Below the pieces are notes generated by a model. It did not search any database, was not told where the DNA came from, and saw only the letters and a program-made list of their open reading frames with translations. Both the position numbers and the translations under genes were made by a program. Below, piece after piece: positions 28,793 to 41,975 of a stretch of DNA of 64,000 nt. This stretch comes from Octopus vulgaris (lineage: Eukaryota): assembly GCA_951406725.2 (NCBI GenBank), contig OX597818.1, positions 120,900,001-120,964,000 of the forward strand, given 5' to 3'. How positions within the stretch are numbered: position 1 is the first letter of the stretch; every line of letters begins with the position of its first letter.

Positions 28793-29038
28793 AGGCGGCG
28801 AGCTGGCAGAAAGGCAGCGAGCTGGCAGAAACGTTAGTGCGCAGGGCGAAATGCTTAGCGGTATTTCGTCTGTCGTTACGTTCTGAGTTCGAATTCCGCC
28901 GAGGTTGACTTTGTCTTTCATCCTTTCGGGGTCGATAAATAAAGTACCAGTTTCGCACTGGGGTCGATGTAATCGACTTAATCCCTTTGTCTGTCCTTGT
29001 TTGTCCCCTCTATGTTCAGCCCCTTGTGGGTAGTAAAG

Positions 29039-29041
<3 letters not shown>
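28793..29041 (+). mobile_element. Young full-length Meta-type SINE inside (TA)n, with a duplicated 5' head
   Basis: The head aggc(g/a)gcgagctggcagaa occurs twice, followed by a complete core and tail. Confidence 0.85.
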
Positions 29042-29090
<49 letters not shown>

Positions 29091-29094
29091 ATAT

Positions 29095-29580
29095 AAGGCT
29101 ACCAGTTACGGGCGGTCAAAGTGTGACCATTAGTTTCACACCTATAATGTTCTCAGCTGTATAGGCAGCTCATCAAACTCAAAATGTTGGAAGCACTTAA
29201 CCTCTGTTTAAATGAAGGAAGGAGAATGTCATAGTCAGTTAGATTTGTAAGCAAAAAATATACATCTGGAATGACTCTTACATCTGTTCCAGCAATGATG
29301 ATTTTCGAAGCTGCTGTTCAGAAAATGGGGCATTCCAAGCATGTAAGAGGAAATGTTTTTTATTAAGAGATTGACCAAAGACTTCTTTCCTGGAGTTTAT
29401 AAGGGCCTCCGGGTCACGCAGGTTTTCCAGGATTCTTGCTCTCGCTGTCAAGCAAAGCTTATATTGGTTTACATAGACATGATGCTCCATAGGAGCTAAT
29501 GGTCCCCTGTTCAAACAAGCCCTACCACAAACCAAACTAGAGGTTGTCCTATATCAACACAGCTTCCTACCACCTGCCTA
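29095..29580 (-). mobile_element. Penelope-like 3' remnant with a degenerate hammerhead at 29121-29180
   Basis: KLCLTARARI..LINSRKEVF..KKHFLL resembles a GIY-YIG C-terminal tail. The downstream minus strand reads gagt-TTGATGA-gctgcctata..tataggtgt-GAAAC-taatg-GTC-acac. Confidence 0.65.
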
Positions 29581-29929
29581 TCGTGTACAGTAACCTAGTA
29601 AAAGTGCATGAGTAACCCAACAGCAAGCTGGCGTTTACTTCCGGATGAGTGTTATGATCTCGGTCGTCATGGAAAATGGGTAACCAACCCAATGAGTCCT
29701 TCGAGTATACTAACGTCCAAGAGACTTAGTGTTTTATTTTCTTTTACTTCCAATATACGTTGAAAGAAATGCCATGTAGATTGAAATATCGAACTCTAAA
29801 TCTATTATTATAAATGTTTTTTATATGAAAGATGATATAAAGACTATGCAAACTCAGATATTTTATCATATGAAGAATGTTCACAAATATTACCATGTAA
29901 TGAATATTCATATTTCGAAATAAACTTAC

Positions 29930-30100
29930 CCCGAAAATAATGTTCTCCATCTCTTCTCTCATGAACGCTTTGTCTACTTTCCCATTGTAGTATACATTAA
30001 AAAGAGTATCCAGTAAGGTAATTTTCTCCTTTCCTTGAGCCCGTTCCTCTTCACTCTTACTCATGTTTTCTTTATATATTACACTGCGGTCATCGATTAT
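29930..30100 (-). CDS. CYP4-clan gene B, 171-bp exon (IIDDR...ITLLDTL...MREEMENIIFG)
   Basis: tag| and |gtaagt boundaries, LLDxL and REE motifs, phase 0/0. Confidence 0.9.
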
Positions 30101-30553
30101 CTATAAAAAATGAAACAAGTTGGATCTGTGGTAAATAATATTCTTTTCTACTCTAGGCACAAGGCCCGAAATTTTGGGGATGGTGAGGCCAGTCGATTCG
30201 ATCAAACCCAGTACGCAACTGGTACTTAGTTTATCGACTCCGAAAGGATGAAAGGCAAAGTCGACCTCGGCAGAATTTGAACTCAGACCAATAAAGACTG
30301 ACGAAATACCGCTGAGCTTTTTGCCCGGCATGCGAACGTTTCTGCCAGATATTGTGATAGGAGTCAACTGACAGGGTTCTGTGTTTCACTTCATACCTAC
30401 CTACCTACCTACTTACCTACCTACCTACCTACCTACCTACATACATACATACATACATACATACATACATACATACATACATACATACATACCTACCTAC
30501 CTACCTACATAAATACATACATACCTACCTACCTACTTACATACATACATACA

Positions 30554-30587
<34 letters not shown>

Positions 30588-30605
30588 CACACACAACTAT
30601 TATGA

Positions 30606-31372
30606 ACAGTGTAGCCTGGCGTTTCCCGAGAGTAAGTTAGCATTATTAAGCTAATCAAGCGCTAAATAAGATTGACGTCAAATTTGAGCGAAATCCGTTG
30701 AAATTGGCAAACGTTTGGCTGAAAATGGCTTGCAGACTATTTGATAGGGACATCCCATAAGGAATCGGTTTATTGATGTTTCCACTCGTCGGTTGTTTTT
30801 TTTTTTGGAGAACATTAAAAGATCTCCTGAGTTCTAAGTAACGACGGCAGCAAGATTGAACAAAATACATCAAAATTGGTAAATGGCTGAAAATGGGGTG
30901 CAGCCGATTTTAGTGATGAATTCTGTAAGGAATCAGTTTATCTATTTTTCATCATGATTGAATGGAAAGCCCCATAAGGAATCAGTTTATTGATTTTTCA
31001 CCCCAAATAGGACTTAACCGAACACAACATTGCTGATTCAAAAAATCTATATTTACACTTTAAAGTTGGTTTTCACACCCAACTCATTTCTGCACATGCT
31101 GACCCTTTCAAAACTACCACCACCCCCATCATCTAAACCCACTTGGCCCATTGGTTGGGAGCTCTTCCAGCAAGGAAAATAGAACGCCCAAAAGGGCTCC
31201 CGATCCTCTAGTGAAAGGGGGATCAGAAGCCTCTGAAAGGCAGCGACTAATTCCGATCTAGACCTAACCCCTCTTAGGGGTACTATTGGTCAAGGCTGCT
31301 TCAAAGATATGCATTGGAGAAGGTTGCCTCTGAGATCTGCATCGAAGGTTTGCACGCTATTATATATATATA
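30606..31372 (-). mobile_element. Probable non-autonomous Helitron segment
   Basis: A degenerate 3' hairpin (agcctggcgtttcccg) at ~30617 resembles the one at 31395-31412. Confidence 0.4.
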
Positions 31373-31384
31373 TATATATATATA

Positions 31385-34300
31385 CTAGCAGCATAGCTCA
31401 GCGTTGCCCGGGTATGTAAGAGCCCCTAGTAGGCAACGACTAATCCCAATCTAGTCCTTTCTCTCTAGGGAACGAAGGTACATGTGTAGGTTGCAATGTC
31501 TTGTATTCACTCGAATACTTCTGTGTATACGATGTTCCTAGCTGTCCCTTTGGGCGAAAGCATGAAAACATCATTGCGCCTCCCAACGCGTGAACAGCCC
31601 ACGTAGAGTTGACCATGGGCGAAGCACTGTTCGCCCACATGTAACCTAGCGACTTGTAGCGTTTGGCCTTGGGATTTATTGATGGACATTGCGAAGCAGA
31701 GTTTAACAGGAAACTGAGAACGCCTGAAGTGGATTGGTAGGTCAGCGCCCGACGGTTGAAGGTGCATGCGTGGAATGAAGACGTCCTCTCCCTTCCCACA
31801 ACCCGTAAGTATTGTGGCCGTTATTAAATGTGGTGCCAAATGTTTCACAACCAGACGTGTGTCGTTGCACTGTTTAGGTGGAACCAAATTCCTGATGAGC
31901 ATAATGGGCACACCGACTTTTAACTTCAGGATGTGTGGCTGCAGGCCTGGCGGTTCAAGTGAATTCAGGAATTCAACAGGATAATCGGCAAGCTCGGCGG
32001 GGTCTGCTGTCCTATCTATAGATTTGTAGACGTGGACATCACCAGGAATAGCTTCAAGTAGCTGGATATTGATGGAGTTGACGGTTGTATTTTTGGGTGC
32101 GAGAATAGCTCTGCCTGCCAGCCATTTTAGGTCACGTAAATTGTTTTGTAGGTCGTGGAAGACAGCGTCCCAGAGGCTAGCAGGGGTGTCGACAGTGGTG
32201 CAAAGTGAGTCCAATTGAACGCAGATATCCGCATCAGCCGGCATCCTATTTTCACCGAGCGATAAAAGGTCCCTGGAGAATGCAGCGGATCCGCTGTCAC
32301 CAATCAACTGCGCGCGCATGTTAGTTTGGAGGTGCAAGGGCCGCACATGTGCCCAAAGAGCTGACGACTTAAGGCACGCGCGCACGGCATCGGCACGGGT
32401 TCCTTTTGGAATAACAGGTAGAGTCTGCCTGAAGTCTCCTGAAAGAAGTAAAGTCAATCCTCCCATGGAGGCCGTAGAGTCTCTGATATCTTGCAGGGAC
32501 CTGTCCAGTGCCTCAAGGGCGCCTTTGTGTGCCATAGTGCACTCATCCCATACGATGAGTTTGCATCTGTGCAGAATGTTGGCCTGTTCTGAGTTCTGAG
32601 TTCGATGTTGCAGATAGGTGACTCGGACTTTGCCAGATCGAGCGGAAGTCTGAAGGCAGAGTGGGCGGTTCTGCCACCCGGAAGCAACGTGGCCGCGATA
32701 CCAGAGGAAGCTACAGCCAGGGCAATGTCCGTGTTGCGTCTGACCTCCGCCAGAATTAGTTTCGTGACGAAGGTTTTGCCAGTGCCGCCAGGTGCGTCAA
32801 GGAAGTAAATCCCCTCACGTTGCTGTCTGACAGAGTCTACGATGGTGTTGTAGGCTATGCGCTGGTCTCGAAGCAGTCGTGGTTCATTATCTTGGACGTA
32901 CTGGTGCAGTTCCTCAATGCAGTAGGAAGTTTCGCGTAACAATTCAGCAGACATAACATTGGCGTGTTCACGTGTGTGTGGTGGAAGGCCGTACTCTGTT
33001 AAAGCAGAGCCACCCATATCGATGACAGCGTCTTCGAGTTGAATAAGCGCAAAATTGTAAATGAAGTTGGTGAACGTGATCTCGGCGGAAGGGCAGTGTT
33101 GCTGAGCCGTACGTAAGAAGTCCTGCGACATGTCATCCCTGAATTTCATCCAGAGACTTAGTGGGTCACTAAGCTGACATTTTTGAAAAAAGATTGCGAA
33201 AAGATGTCGTAGGGCCGAAGGCGTTTACAGTAAAGCGCCCTCTGCCATAGTGGCGTCCCACTGGGTGTCATCCTCTAGAAGGCCAAGTCTCATACATGCT
33301 TCTCTGAAGGTGTCGCACAGAACCCCATTGACGGTACGTATATTGCCGAAACCTGTTGGACCAGTGACCTCATGTAGAAGGAGACGGAGGTAGAAGCATT
33401 CTTGCTGGTTTGGCGGGATGTTGTAAATTCGACCCAGGCAGGAGTCAAACTTGAAGCCTGGGAAGCCTTCGACGTTTTTGCCGGATTTCCGTCGAACCCA
33501 GGTGGGTACAAAAGCGTTCGAGCGAAGTCATCACGTTGGCATAAATTGAAGAAACCGGTCAACGTTGTGTCTTTAGGGTTGGTGGCTACCTGCGCAGCAC
33601 TTTGCTCTGTGAAGTAAATCCGCTGTCCATTTTCCAAGCTGCACCACAGCCGGGTGTCTCTGATGGAGCGGGAAGCTGTAAATGCGCCAAAACGCTTCGT
33701 TGCTGCTGAGGTACCGGCCTGCCAAGTAGTTGGACACTTCCTCGCGACTGGTGGTCCTCTGGATGCTGAACATGGCAGCATCGCTGCCCTTGTTGATATA
33801 TTTGCAGACATATTGTATTGACCTGATGGAGCTGCAGAACTCAACGTTGACGTGGGCTTTGAATATCTTCGACAGGAGAGGACAGTAGGGGACAATGTAG
33901 CTGTTGTCCACTTGATGTCGCCCAACCGTAATCGTGCGGCCTCCATTGGCTGGACTCCTTCGTTTGAGTCTCCAAAGTGAACCGTTTAGGGAATCCCTTT
34001 TAGCAGGCTAATCCGTTTTTGCAGCATGGTGTGTTGGCGTAATTTGGTCTACAGGGCCCGCGTACCATGGTAGTGCGGACAATTTCGTACAGCTCGGCGT
34101 CCTCATCGGGGTCAGGAATCTCGGCGGAAATGAATTTGTCAATGTCATTAGTCTCGATTTTATTAGTTAGCCAAATTAAGATGTGAGCATGTGGCAAGCC
34201 CCTCTTTTGCCACTCGACCGAAAGCATGTGGCACCTGACATGCCCGAAAATCTGACCCTTAACAATCAAATCCATCATTTTGCCCAAATTCAGACGGAAA

Positions 34301-37300
34301 ACCCTAGCAACGATGTCGTGTCGATGGGTGTGAGACTGACCCGGGAGGAGTTCGCGAGTAATTTCGTCGCAGTTGGGATTGCACGTGTAGGTGATAAAGA
34401 GGTCCGGCCGGCCGTAAATGCGCACGTAGGTCAAGGCGTCTTGGGTCCTTTCACGCATATATCGCGGTCCTCCCGTGAAGGTGGAGGGTAGAATGCATGG
34501 CTTGCCGATGTTGCGAGGATCATTTTCTTGTTGCAAGCCGTCACGGAGATGAATGTAGGAGCCGGAGCGAAGTTTGGTCTGATTAAGTTTAATGTATAGC
34601 AACCTTTCCGATTCCATTTTGGCGGCCATGTCGACGGAGAACTGGTTGAATAGCTGATGACAACTGGGCAATAAGCTGAACTCACCCTCCCTGACCATGA
34701 ACCGGTATGAGTAGAACGCCCTGCAGGAAACCGTCTTTGATGCCGCAGTAGTTTGATTGGAGGGCTGCCGTAAAGGAATTCCGAAGTGGTAGCCGTCTTC
34801 CCCATAAGAGAAAAGCAATGGATACTGAAGCGCGTCATAAGATCTGTGAGTCTCGCTGATCCTGCGTAGGCTGTTACCACGGGAGGAGATGATTATGTCA
34901 CGGCTGTTGTGTTGCTCTCCGTGTATGACTGCGGCAATTTCGTTGCACGCAGGTGCGTTGAAACGGCGTTCGTGCTCCCCGTGGGGTCGTTTATCAGCAT
35001 CAATGACAACGGTGAAGTTTGGAGACGGAGCACTGTCCAAGGCATACATGAAGTGCAGACGTAGCTGTTGATATCATGAAGCATGGTTTGGAGACGGAGA
35101 AGAACGTCTTTGCGGGAAACATAGCATGTACCCGGTATTATTCCAAGGCGTGCATCAACCTGCTGGTTGTAGTCGGCAATGAAGTAGATTTGGAGGAAAG
35201 AAGACTGCTGAATCTCGTCTGGCAGAAGTGACCCAATAAGATGGTAGACCTGTCCCTGCACTTTGAAAGTAGGCATCCAGCCTTCTCTAGGAGGAATTTT
35301 GGCCCCGAAAGAGGTCATTTGGAATGAGCAGTTGTACTTTCGAATGATTTCAAAGAATTGTGACGATTCGGGGGTTAAACCCGCCGCGAGATCCTTCAGT
35401 GGTTGAGGGGGTTCCCGTAGGGGTGGCAGGTCCACTTTGCCACCAAAGCAGCACAAACCAGGTGGTTCTCCGGGCCATTTCTTGGCTTTGCAAAACTGGC
35501 ATACAATTGTCATTGACCCTATCTTGATGTCGTCACTCAAGGAGAAGTTAACTGTGGCGTTGTAGTTGAATGCTAGTGACGACCAGAAAGCGGGGGCAGG
35601 GGTACGTACACCACGAATGATATCCCGACGTTGGTTGATACTCTCAAGTCGAGTGCGCCGTGCCTCAGCAGATTGAGATGCGCGTGCGACAGCGGTAGCA
35701 GTGGTATCCCTTGAAAGCCTTTCAGCTCTCGCCTCAGCACCCTCTGAAGCCCTAGCAGAAGCAGTGTTAATGGCATCTCTGGATGTCCGAATAGTTCGTT
35801 GGTCTGGAGTTTCAGCAGATCGAGCCATGGTTGTGTTTGCGGCGTCAGCAGCTTGGCGAGCTCTCTTCTGTTGAGGTGTTTCGGCAGATCGGGCCATGAC
35901 TGTGTTAGCGGCGTTAGCAGCTTGGCGAGTTCTCCTCTGCTGTGAGGTTTCGACAGATCGTGTCCTGGCGGTGCTAGCGGCGTTAGCCGCATTCCGAATG
36001 GCCCTTTGTTCGGGGTTCTCGTGAGCTCTGCGGATGGAAGCACAGGAAGAAGCCCGCATGTTTTGACTGGACTGTTGCTCTTTCGTCAACCTCGAGCGGA
36101 GGGAAGATCTGTACACTGCGGCCCTTGCAAGTCGGGTAGAACGGTCGCTAGTAGTTTCAGATGCCTGAGCAGCGGCAGAACGGGAAGCTTTTTGCGAGAG
36201 GCGCAAGGCGGTTTCCTCGTGGGTCTCGCGTGCCCTTCTAGCCCTAGCAGCCTATGCCTTGGTCGTCCGAGGGCTGAGGAGGGTCCTTCTCTTCTTGGGT
36301 GGCATTTTGGTGGATAGCAATGTGTTTGGCAAAGGTGTAATAAAAAGGAACACGTGGGGTAAGTATCCCCAAATGTATAAAAATGTACAAAAACGGCAAA
36401 AAAGCGGGCAGCAATGTGAGTGACAACAACGAAAAAGCGAAAACTGAACAAACGAATGAAAAAGGTTTTTTGGTGCATACGACAAAAGCGGCTTATAATA
36501 AACCAAGAGTTTGCAAGTAGCGTCCGAGGACCCTTAGGGTACGTCAAAAATTTAAGGTAAAACGTTTGGAGTGGTAGTTATAAAGAAAGTTTAAACAAAA
36601 AAAGGATTCGAATAACTTGCGGCTGCAACAGCTATTAGCAGAAGAAGTGGCGGTGTTGGGGGTAAAGTCTCGAATGTAATTTCTTCCTGGTATGAACTGG
36701 TTGGGTTGAATTATCGATAACTGTTTGATAGTTATTTCAGAGTGTAAGAGTTAAAAAGATCGAGTTGCGTCCCCTAGACAGTCTGTGGTTTGTGTTAAAT
36801 ACACAAGTCGGTTTGCTGTGTGTGCCACATATGATTTAATTAACCGATTTTTTCCAGTAATAAAGTATCCTATTGGAATAAAGAGGGCCATATAGCTCCT
36901 TGGAGCAGACATGATGCTCGCTGTGAATTTGAAAAAAATTCCTGCCAATTTGTGAAAGATATTGTCGAAAATATGTCATCTTGAATTTGAACGCGATTTC
37001 CCAAAAGGGCATGATTTTAGATATTTTTTTCTGATGGTAAGGTATTGCATGGAAAACTAACGTCAGAATTATGTTTCTTAGGGTAACATTAAGCTTCACC
37101 ATGAGTTTGGTGAAAATCGATTGCAAGTTGCGGAAACTACAACAGAAAATGTGTTGCATATAAAAAGCTTAGATTCTCGACCCCATGTCGAATTTATCGA
37201 TCTTTTTCAGAACTGGGGGAACTTTTCAAAATTTTCGCTGCGTTAGTTTTGCATTATGACATTGGGCTATGTGTGTGTCAAGTTTCATCAGAATCGGTTG

Positions 37301-37380
37301 AAAGCCGTGGTCAGGGTGAGGGTACAACCTGACAGACACACACACAGACACACAGACAGACAAACTGCCGTTTATATATA
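31385..37380 (-). mobile_element. Autonomous-type Helitron, full-length but inactivated
   Basis: The 3' end is cccgggcaacgctgagct..CTAG|T at 31385 and the 5' end is tatatataaacggcag at ~37380. A RepHel coding region lies inside. Confidence 0.93.
31507..36306 (-). pseudogene. Helitron RepHel (N-terminal 23-aa repeats, Zn finger, HUH Rep, PIF1 helicase), broken by stops and frameshifts
   Basis: MPPKKRR start at 36306, then CQFCKAKKW..CC, PDLFITYTCNP, VEWQKRGLPHAHILIW, DAPGGTGKTF, GDFRQTLPV and QFPVKLCFAMSINKSQGQT, spread over at least 6 ORF pieces. Confidence 0.93.
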
Positions 37381-37419
37381 TATATATATTTAATAATAAT
37401 GAACCATGTAATTCACACT

Positions 37420-38300
37420 GAAAAATTTATTTCTGTAAAATGGGAATGGGTAAAATTTCCGAGGCTTCCACCTCACCTCACCTCACCCCGTTTTCCGAAC
37501 ACAAAAAGGGTTTTGTAGCTTATTAGGAAGTCACAGGAATTCATTCAACGAAAAAAAATTCTCAAAGATTCCGGGATTGGGGAAGGGTAGGCCACGCCCC
37601 ACCTCTTTCTTTCCGAACAAGAATAAGGGATTTGTAGCATATTAGGAGGTCAGAGTACTTGATTTCACGCAAAAAAGATCCGATTTTTATTTCTTTTCCT
37701 TCGTGAAAATCGTATGGGTGAAAAGATCAAGGGGGTGGAGGTGAAATTTCCGAGGTTCAACCTCACCCCCACCCCATTTTTTGGAATCGATAAAGGTTTT
37801 TGTAGCACATTAGGAGGTCACAGGAATTCATTCAACGAAAACAAAATTCCAATGATTCCGGGATGGGAAGGGGGGGCACCCTCGCCCTACCCACTTTTTT
37901 CCGAACCAGAATAAGGGATTTGCAGCATATTAGGAGGTCAGGGTACTTGATTCCACGCAAAAAGTCCGAGTTTTTTTTCTTTTTTCTTAGTGAAAGTCGT
38001 GCGGGTGTTAATCTAAAAATTTACCTTTTGTTTTTTCTTTCTCGCTGTTGCTAGACAGGTGACTTAACTCATATTAGCAAACCTTCGGATTTCACCGACG
38101 TGGAAATTGGTAAATGTTATGGTTGAAAAACGATGTTTACCACTATCCGCGGCTGCCTCGGGGAAATTAAGTTGACAAAAGCACAGCCATGATCGTGACC
38201 AATGTCCTAAAATTGGAGCTACATGCGTGCTAATTTGCAGACGTGCATAAATTACATTCACGTACACACACACACATCCTGCCTTTTATTGATAAATAGA
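37420..38300 (-). mobile_element. Non-autonomous Helitron-like segment with an internal ~300-bp tandem duplication
   Basis: ~37450-37720 is duplicated at ~37745-38010. The minus-strand 5' end TCTATTTATCAATAAAAGGCAGG is at ~38300. Confidence 0.55.
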
Positions 38301-38609
38301 TACATTGATAAATAAGTGATTTATAATAAATATATTTTAATTGTTGTGTGAGAAAGAATATATAATCTGATTATAAAATATATTGTCTTTCAAAACATCC
38401 CAAAATTGAAGACTATATCTCGTGTTTAAGAAAAAAATTACATTTTTATTTTTGAAGAACACTGTCACTTACTCTTTCCCCCCTCTCTCTCTCTCTCTAC
38501 CCCTCTCCCCCTCTCTATCTCTCACACACACACATGCACTCTCATTCCGCTATTAGGAAACTTCGAAATTGGTAAAAGTTATGGTTGAAAATCGATTTTT
38601 ACCGCTATC

Positions 38610-39100
38610 CGCAGTACCAGGCAGTGGCTCTCATGACTTCTGATCTTAACTGATTTGAAGTGTTATCATGTACATGTTTTGTCGTGGTATAAAATATGGG
38701 ATACAGCAAATATTCTGTTTAATACCACAGATTTGTTTGTCACTTGAGCATGTCCCTTGGTGGTTGACGATATATCTCTGATCACGAGCAGAAATAGTGG
38801 GTGAGAATCATAGCCATGTACTGAGAGGAATTCTTTGGGGTTTAAATAATACATCTCTGGAAACATGGGTGTTTCTTCCGAATCCTTAAACAACCTTTAT
38901 TCAGAGACCTTTTGAGCGAAAAGGGCAACTCGACCTAAAGAAAGTTCTAACTGGGCCTCACCTGCAAGGTCATACACTGTATCGCGCACATATAGTTATG
39001 ATGCATGTGCCTGGTGTACGATTAGTCATGATGGGTATATTGGGCTTCGTATATTTGTATCCCAGAATCACATTTGATGGCACGTGCTGCTCTTTCACTC
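38610..39100 (+). mobile_element. ~560-bp repeat, copy 4
   Basis: gcagtaccaggcagtgg...ctctttcactc followed by aataataat. Confidence 0.8.
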
Positions 39101-39309
39101 AATAATAATAAGTATTTTTATTATTTGGCTGTTCTGTACTGCACTTCTTTTGCAATTCCCAATGTATTCAATCTGCTAGTTTGTCAAAGAGGTTTTTGTC
39201 ATCGTTTTGAGCTACATTTGAGCATCTACTATTTATATATCTAAATGTCTCAGATGATTTTCTGCATAAAAGTGAACCATTTGTTATTCATGGAATGACC
39301 TCAAACTTT

Positions 39310-40816
39310 ACGATAAAGATGAAGCCCAAGTCAGTTCCCTCGTTGATACGATGTATACCTTCAGTGCTGATATCATAATAGAGTTCAGACTGAGAAAGTG
39401 TGGTGTGTTAGTCTTGAAGAGAGGCAAAATCAAATGTATGGACGGGTTAACGATAACGTCGGGAGAGGTTATGAAGTAGATAGAAAAGACGGGCTAGAAG
39501 TACTTAGGGATTTTGGCAATGGATAAATTGATGGAGAAAGAAATGACAGAAAAATTTAAGGTGGAGTACTTGCACAGACTGAGACTGATCCTTAAGGCGA
39601 AATTAAATGGACGGAATAAGATCGAAGCTATAAACATTTGGGTGGTTTCACTAATTACATATGGAGCAGGGTAATCGCATGGACAGTAGACGAACTAAAC
39701 AGCTTAGACAGAAAGACAAGGATGTTGCTAACTAGATATAGGTCACTCCACCCCCAAAAGTGACACAGACAGACTGTATGTACCACGAAGAAGAGGGGGA
39801 AGATGACTTACTGGATGCAAACACAGCATTATAGCAGAAGAAAACACCATAGCATGGTATGTAAAAAATGCCACAGAACCGCTATTATTAGAAGTAAGAA
39901 GGTCAGGCTTGTGTAGGATGAAAGATTGCAATGCTAAAGCACTATACAAGAAATTGAGAATGAATGAAACTGAAAATAGGTGGGTAAAGAAAAGAATGCA
40001 TGGCAAATTTTATAGGGATGTTGAAAATAAGACAGACAAAGAAAAAATATGGCTATGGATGACTAAAAGTGATTTAAAACCGGAAACGGAGGCTCTAATC
40101 TGTGCTGCACAAGAGCAAACACAAAGAACAAACTACATGAAATATAGAATAGACAACACAGCAGAAAGTGATAAACGCAGAATCTGTGGACAAAACGGTG
40201 AAACCGTATGGCATATTACTAGCCAATGTACACCACTAGCTGAGAAGGCATATAAGAGACGCCACGACAATATAGCCAGGCGTGTCCATTGGACACTTTG
40301 CAACAAGTATGAACTTGACAGCAAAAAATTGGCATGACCACAAACCTGAAGGCATCGTCGAAAATAGAAATGCAAAGATCATATATTTTATGATTCAGTG
40401 CGACCATGAGATAGAGAATAGGAAGCCGGATATAGTCTGAATTGAGAAAGAAAACAAACTATGCTGCATCATAAATATAGCATGCCCAGCTGATAACACG
40501 GTATGCGATAAGGAAGAAAGAAAAGTCGAGAGATATGAGAGGTTAGCTTGGGAAGGTAAGCAGTTGTGGTCGATGAAAAAGGTAGCAGTAGTACCAATAA
40601 TTGTCGGAGCCCAGGGAACAGTGAGCAAAAATCTTGAGAAATACGTGGAAAAAATAGGGGCTGCAATAATGGTGGAGCACTTGCAGAAAACAGCACTGCT
40701 TGGAACCGCTCGAATACTCCGGAAGGTGCTCGAAGAATAAGAGGTGGTTAGTTCACTGGTAGTGAACAGCTGACATCTCCAGCGTTAGAAGCTGTGCAAA
40801 GGCAATAATTAAAAAA

Positions 40817-40845
<29 letters not shown>
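39310..40845 (+). pseudogene. 5'-truncated R4/Dong-like LINE with an (ATG)n tail
   Basis: LYVPRRRGG, ETEALICAAQEQ, CGQNGETVWHITSQC, YKRRHD and RKPDIV motifs; the tail is at 40818-40846. Confidence 0.88.
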
Positions 40846-40847
<2 letters not shown>

Positions 40848-40899
40848 CAGAAAAGTGAATATAACATATAGGTGATGTTAAAATACATATTTTGCCTAC

Positions 40900-41026
40900 C
40901 TTGTTAATAATGCTGTGACTTTGGCTTATACATTTTCTAAATATTTTTGCGGCAGGAGTTTTGTTGAAAATGAAGTCTGTCCATAACCATGGAGACATTA
41001 ATCGGCGAAAGTATATTTGTGTTATC
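40900..41026 (-). CDS. CYP4-clan gene B, 127-bp exon (ITQIYFRRLMSPWLWTDFIF...HSIINK)
   Basis: tttag| and |gtaggc boundaries and an RxxxPWLW motif (F/G region); phase 2/0. Confidence 0.9.
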
Positions 41027-41587
41027 CTAAAATATTACACAAAATGGTTTATTAAGTAGTTTACTGTTAAAATTAGTTATCCACATACGTATTTTGTAGT
41101 GTCGTTTGTGGTGCTACGGAGATGTAGAAACACCAAAACGGGTTGTCAAGCGGTGGCGGAGGACAAACATTGATATAAGAACACATACGCAGATATATAT
41201 ACATATACATATATGCGTTGGCCTTTTTTCAGTTTCCGTCTATCAACTCCACCTACAAAGCTTTTGCCGACCCGAGGCGATAGTAGAAGACAAATGACCA
41301 CGGTGCAACGCAGTGGAACCATATGATTGGGAATGCAAGCTTCTTATTTTTTTACTGCCCGCATAGAGGGGACAAACAAGCACAGACAAACGGATTAAGT
41401 CGATTATATCGACCCCAGTGCGTAACTGGTACTTATTTAATCGACCCCGAAAGGATGAAAGGCAAAGTCGACCTTGGTGGAATTTGAACTCAAAACGTAG
41501 CGGCAGACGAAATACCGCTAGGCATTTCGCCCGGCTTGCTAATGTTTCTTACCACACAGCCACACCTGCACCTATACACACACAAAC

Positions 41588-41680
<93 letters not shown>

Positions 41681-41689
41681 ATAATATTA

Positions 41690-41757
41690 GGATATTAGGG
41701 AGTAAATCCAAACTTACAGGGAAAATTAGATTTAGGATTAAATATAATTTTATAGTT

Positions 41758-41798
<41 letters not shown>

Positions 41799-41975
41799 TT
41801 AGAGATAAAACCACTATTAGGCAAATCAAACAGTGAAAATCATAAACCAATACATAGAAATAAAATTAATTAATAAAATATATAAAATATAAAATTCAAA
41901 ATTTAAAATATTAAATTTAAAGTTAAAATTTTTAAAATTATTAAAATTAATAATTTATACTTATTTCAAATCGCC
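41690..41975 (-). mobile_element. Penelope-like terminal fragment: motif A, then (TA)n, then motif B
   Basis: 41795-41915 is an inverted copy of 48550-48672. 41690-41757 is an inverted match to 59636-59705. Confidence 0.7.
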
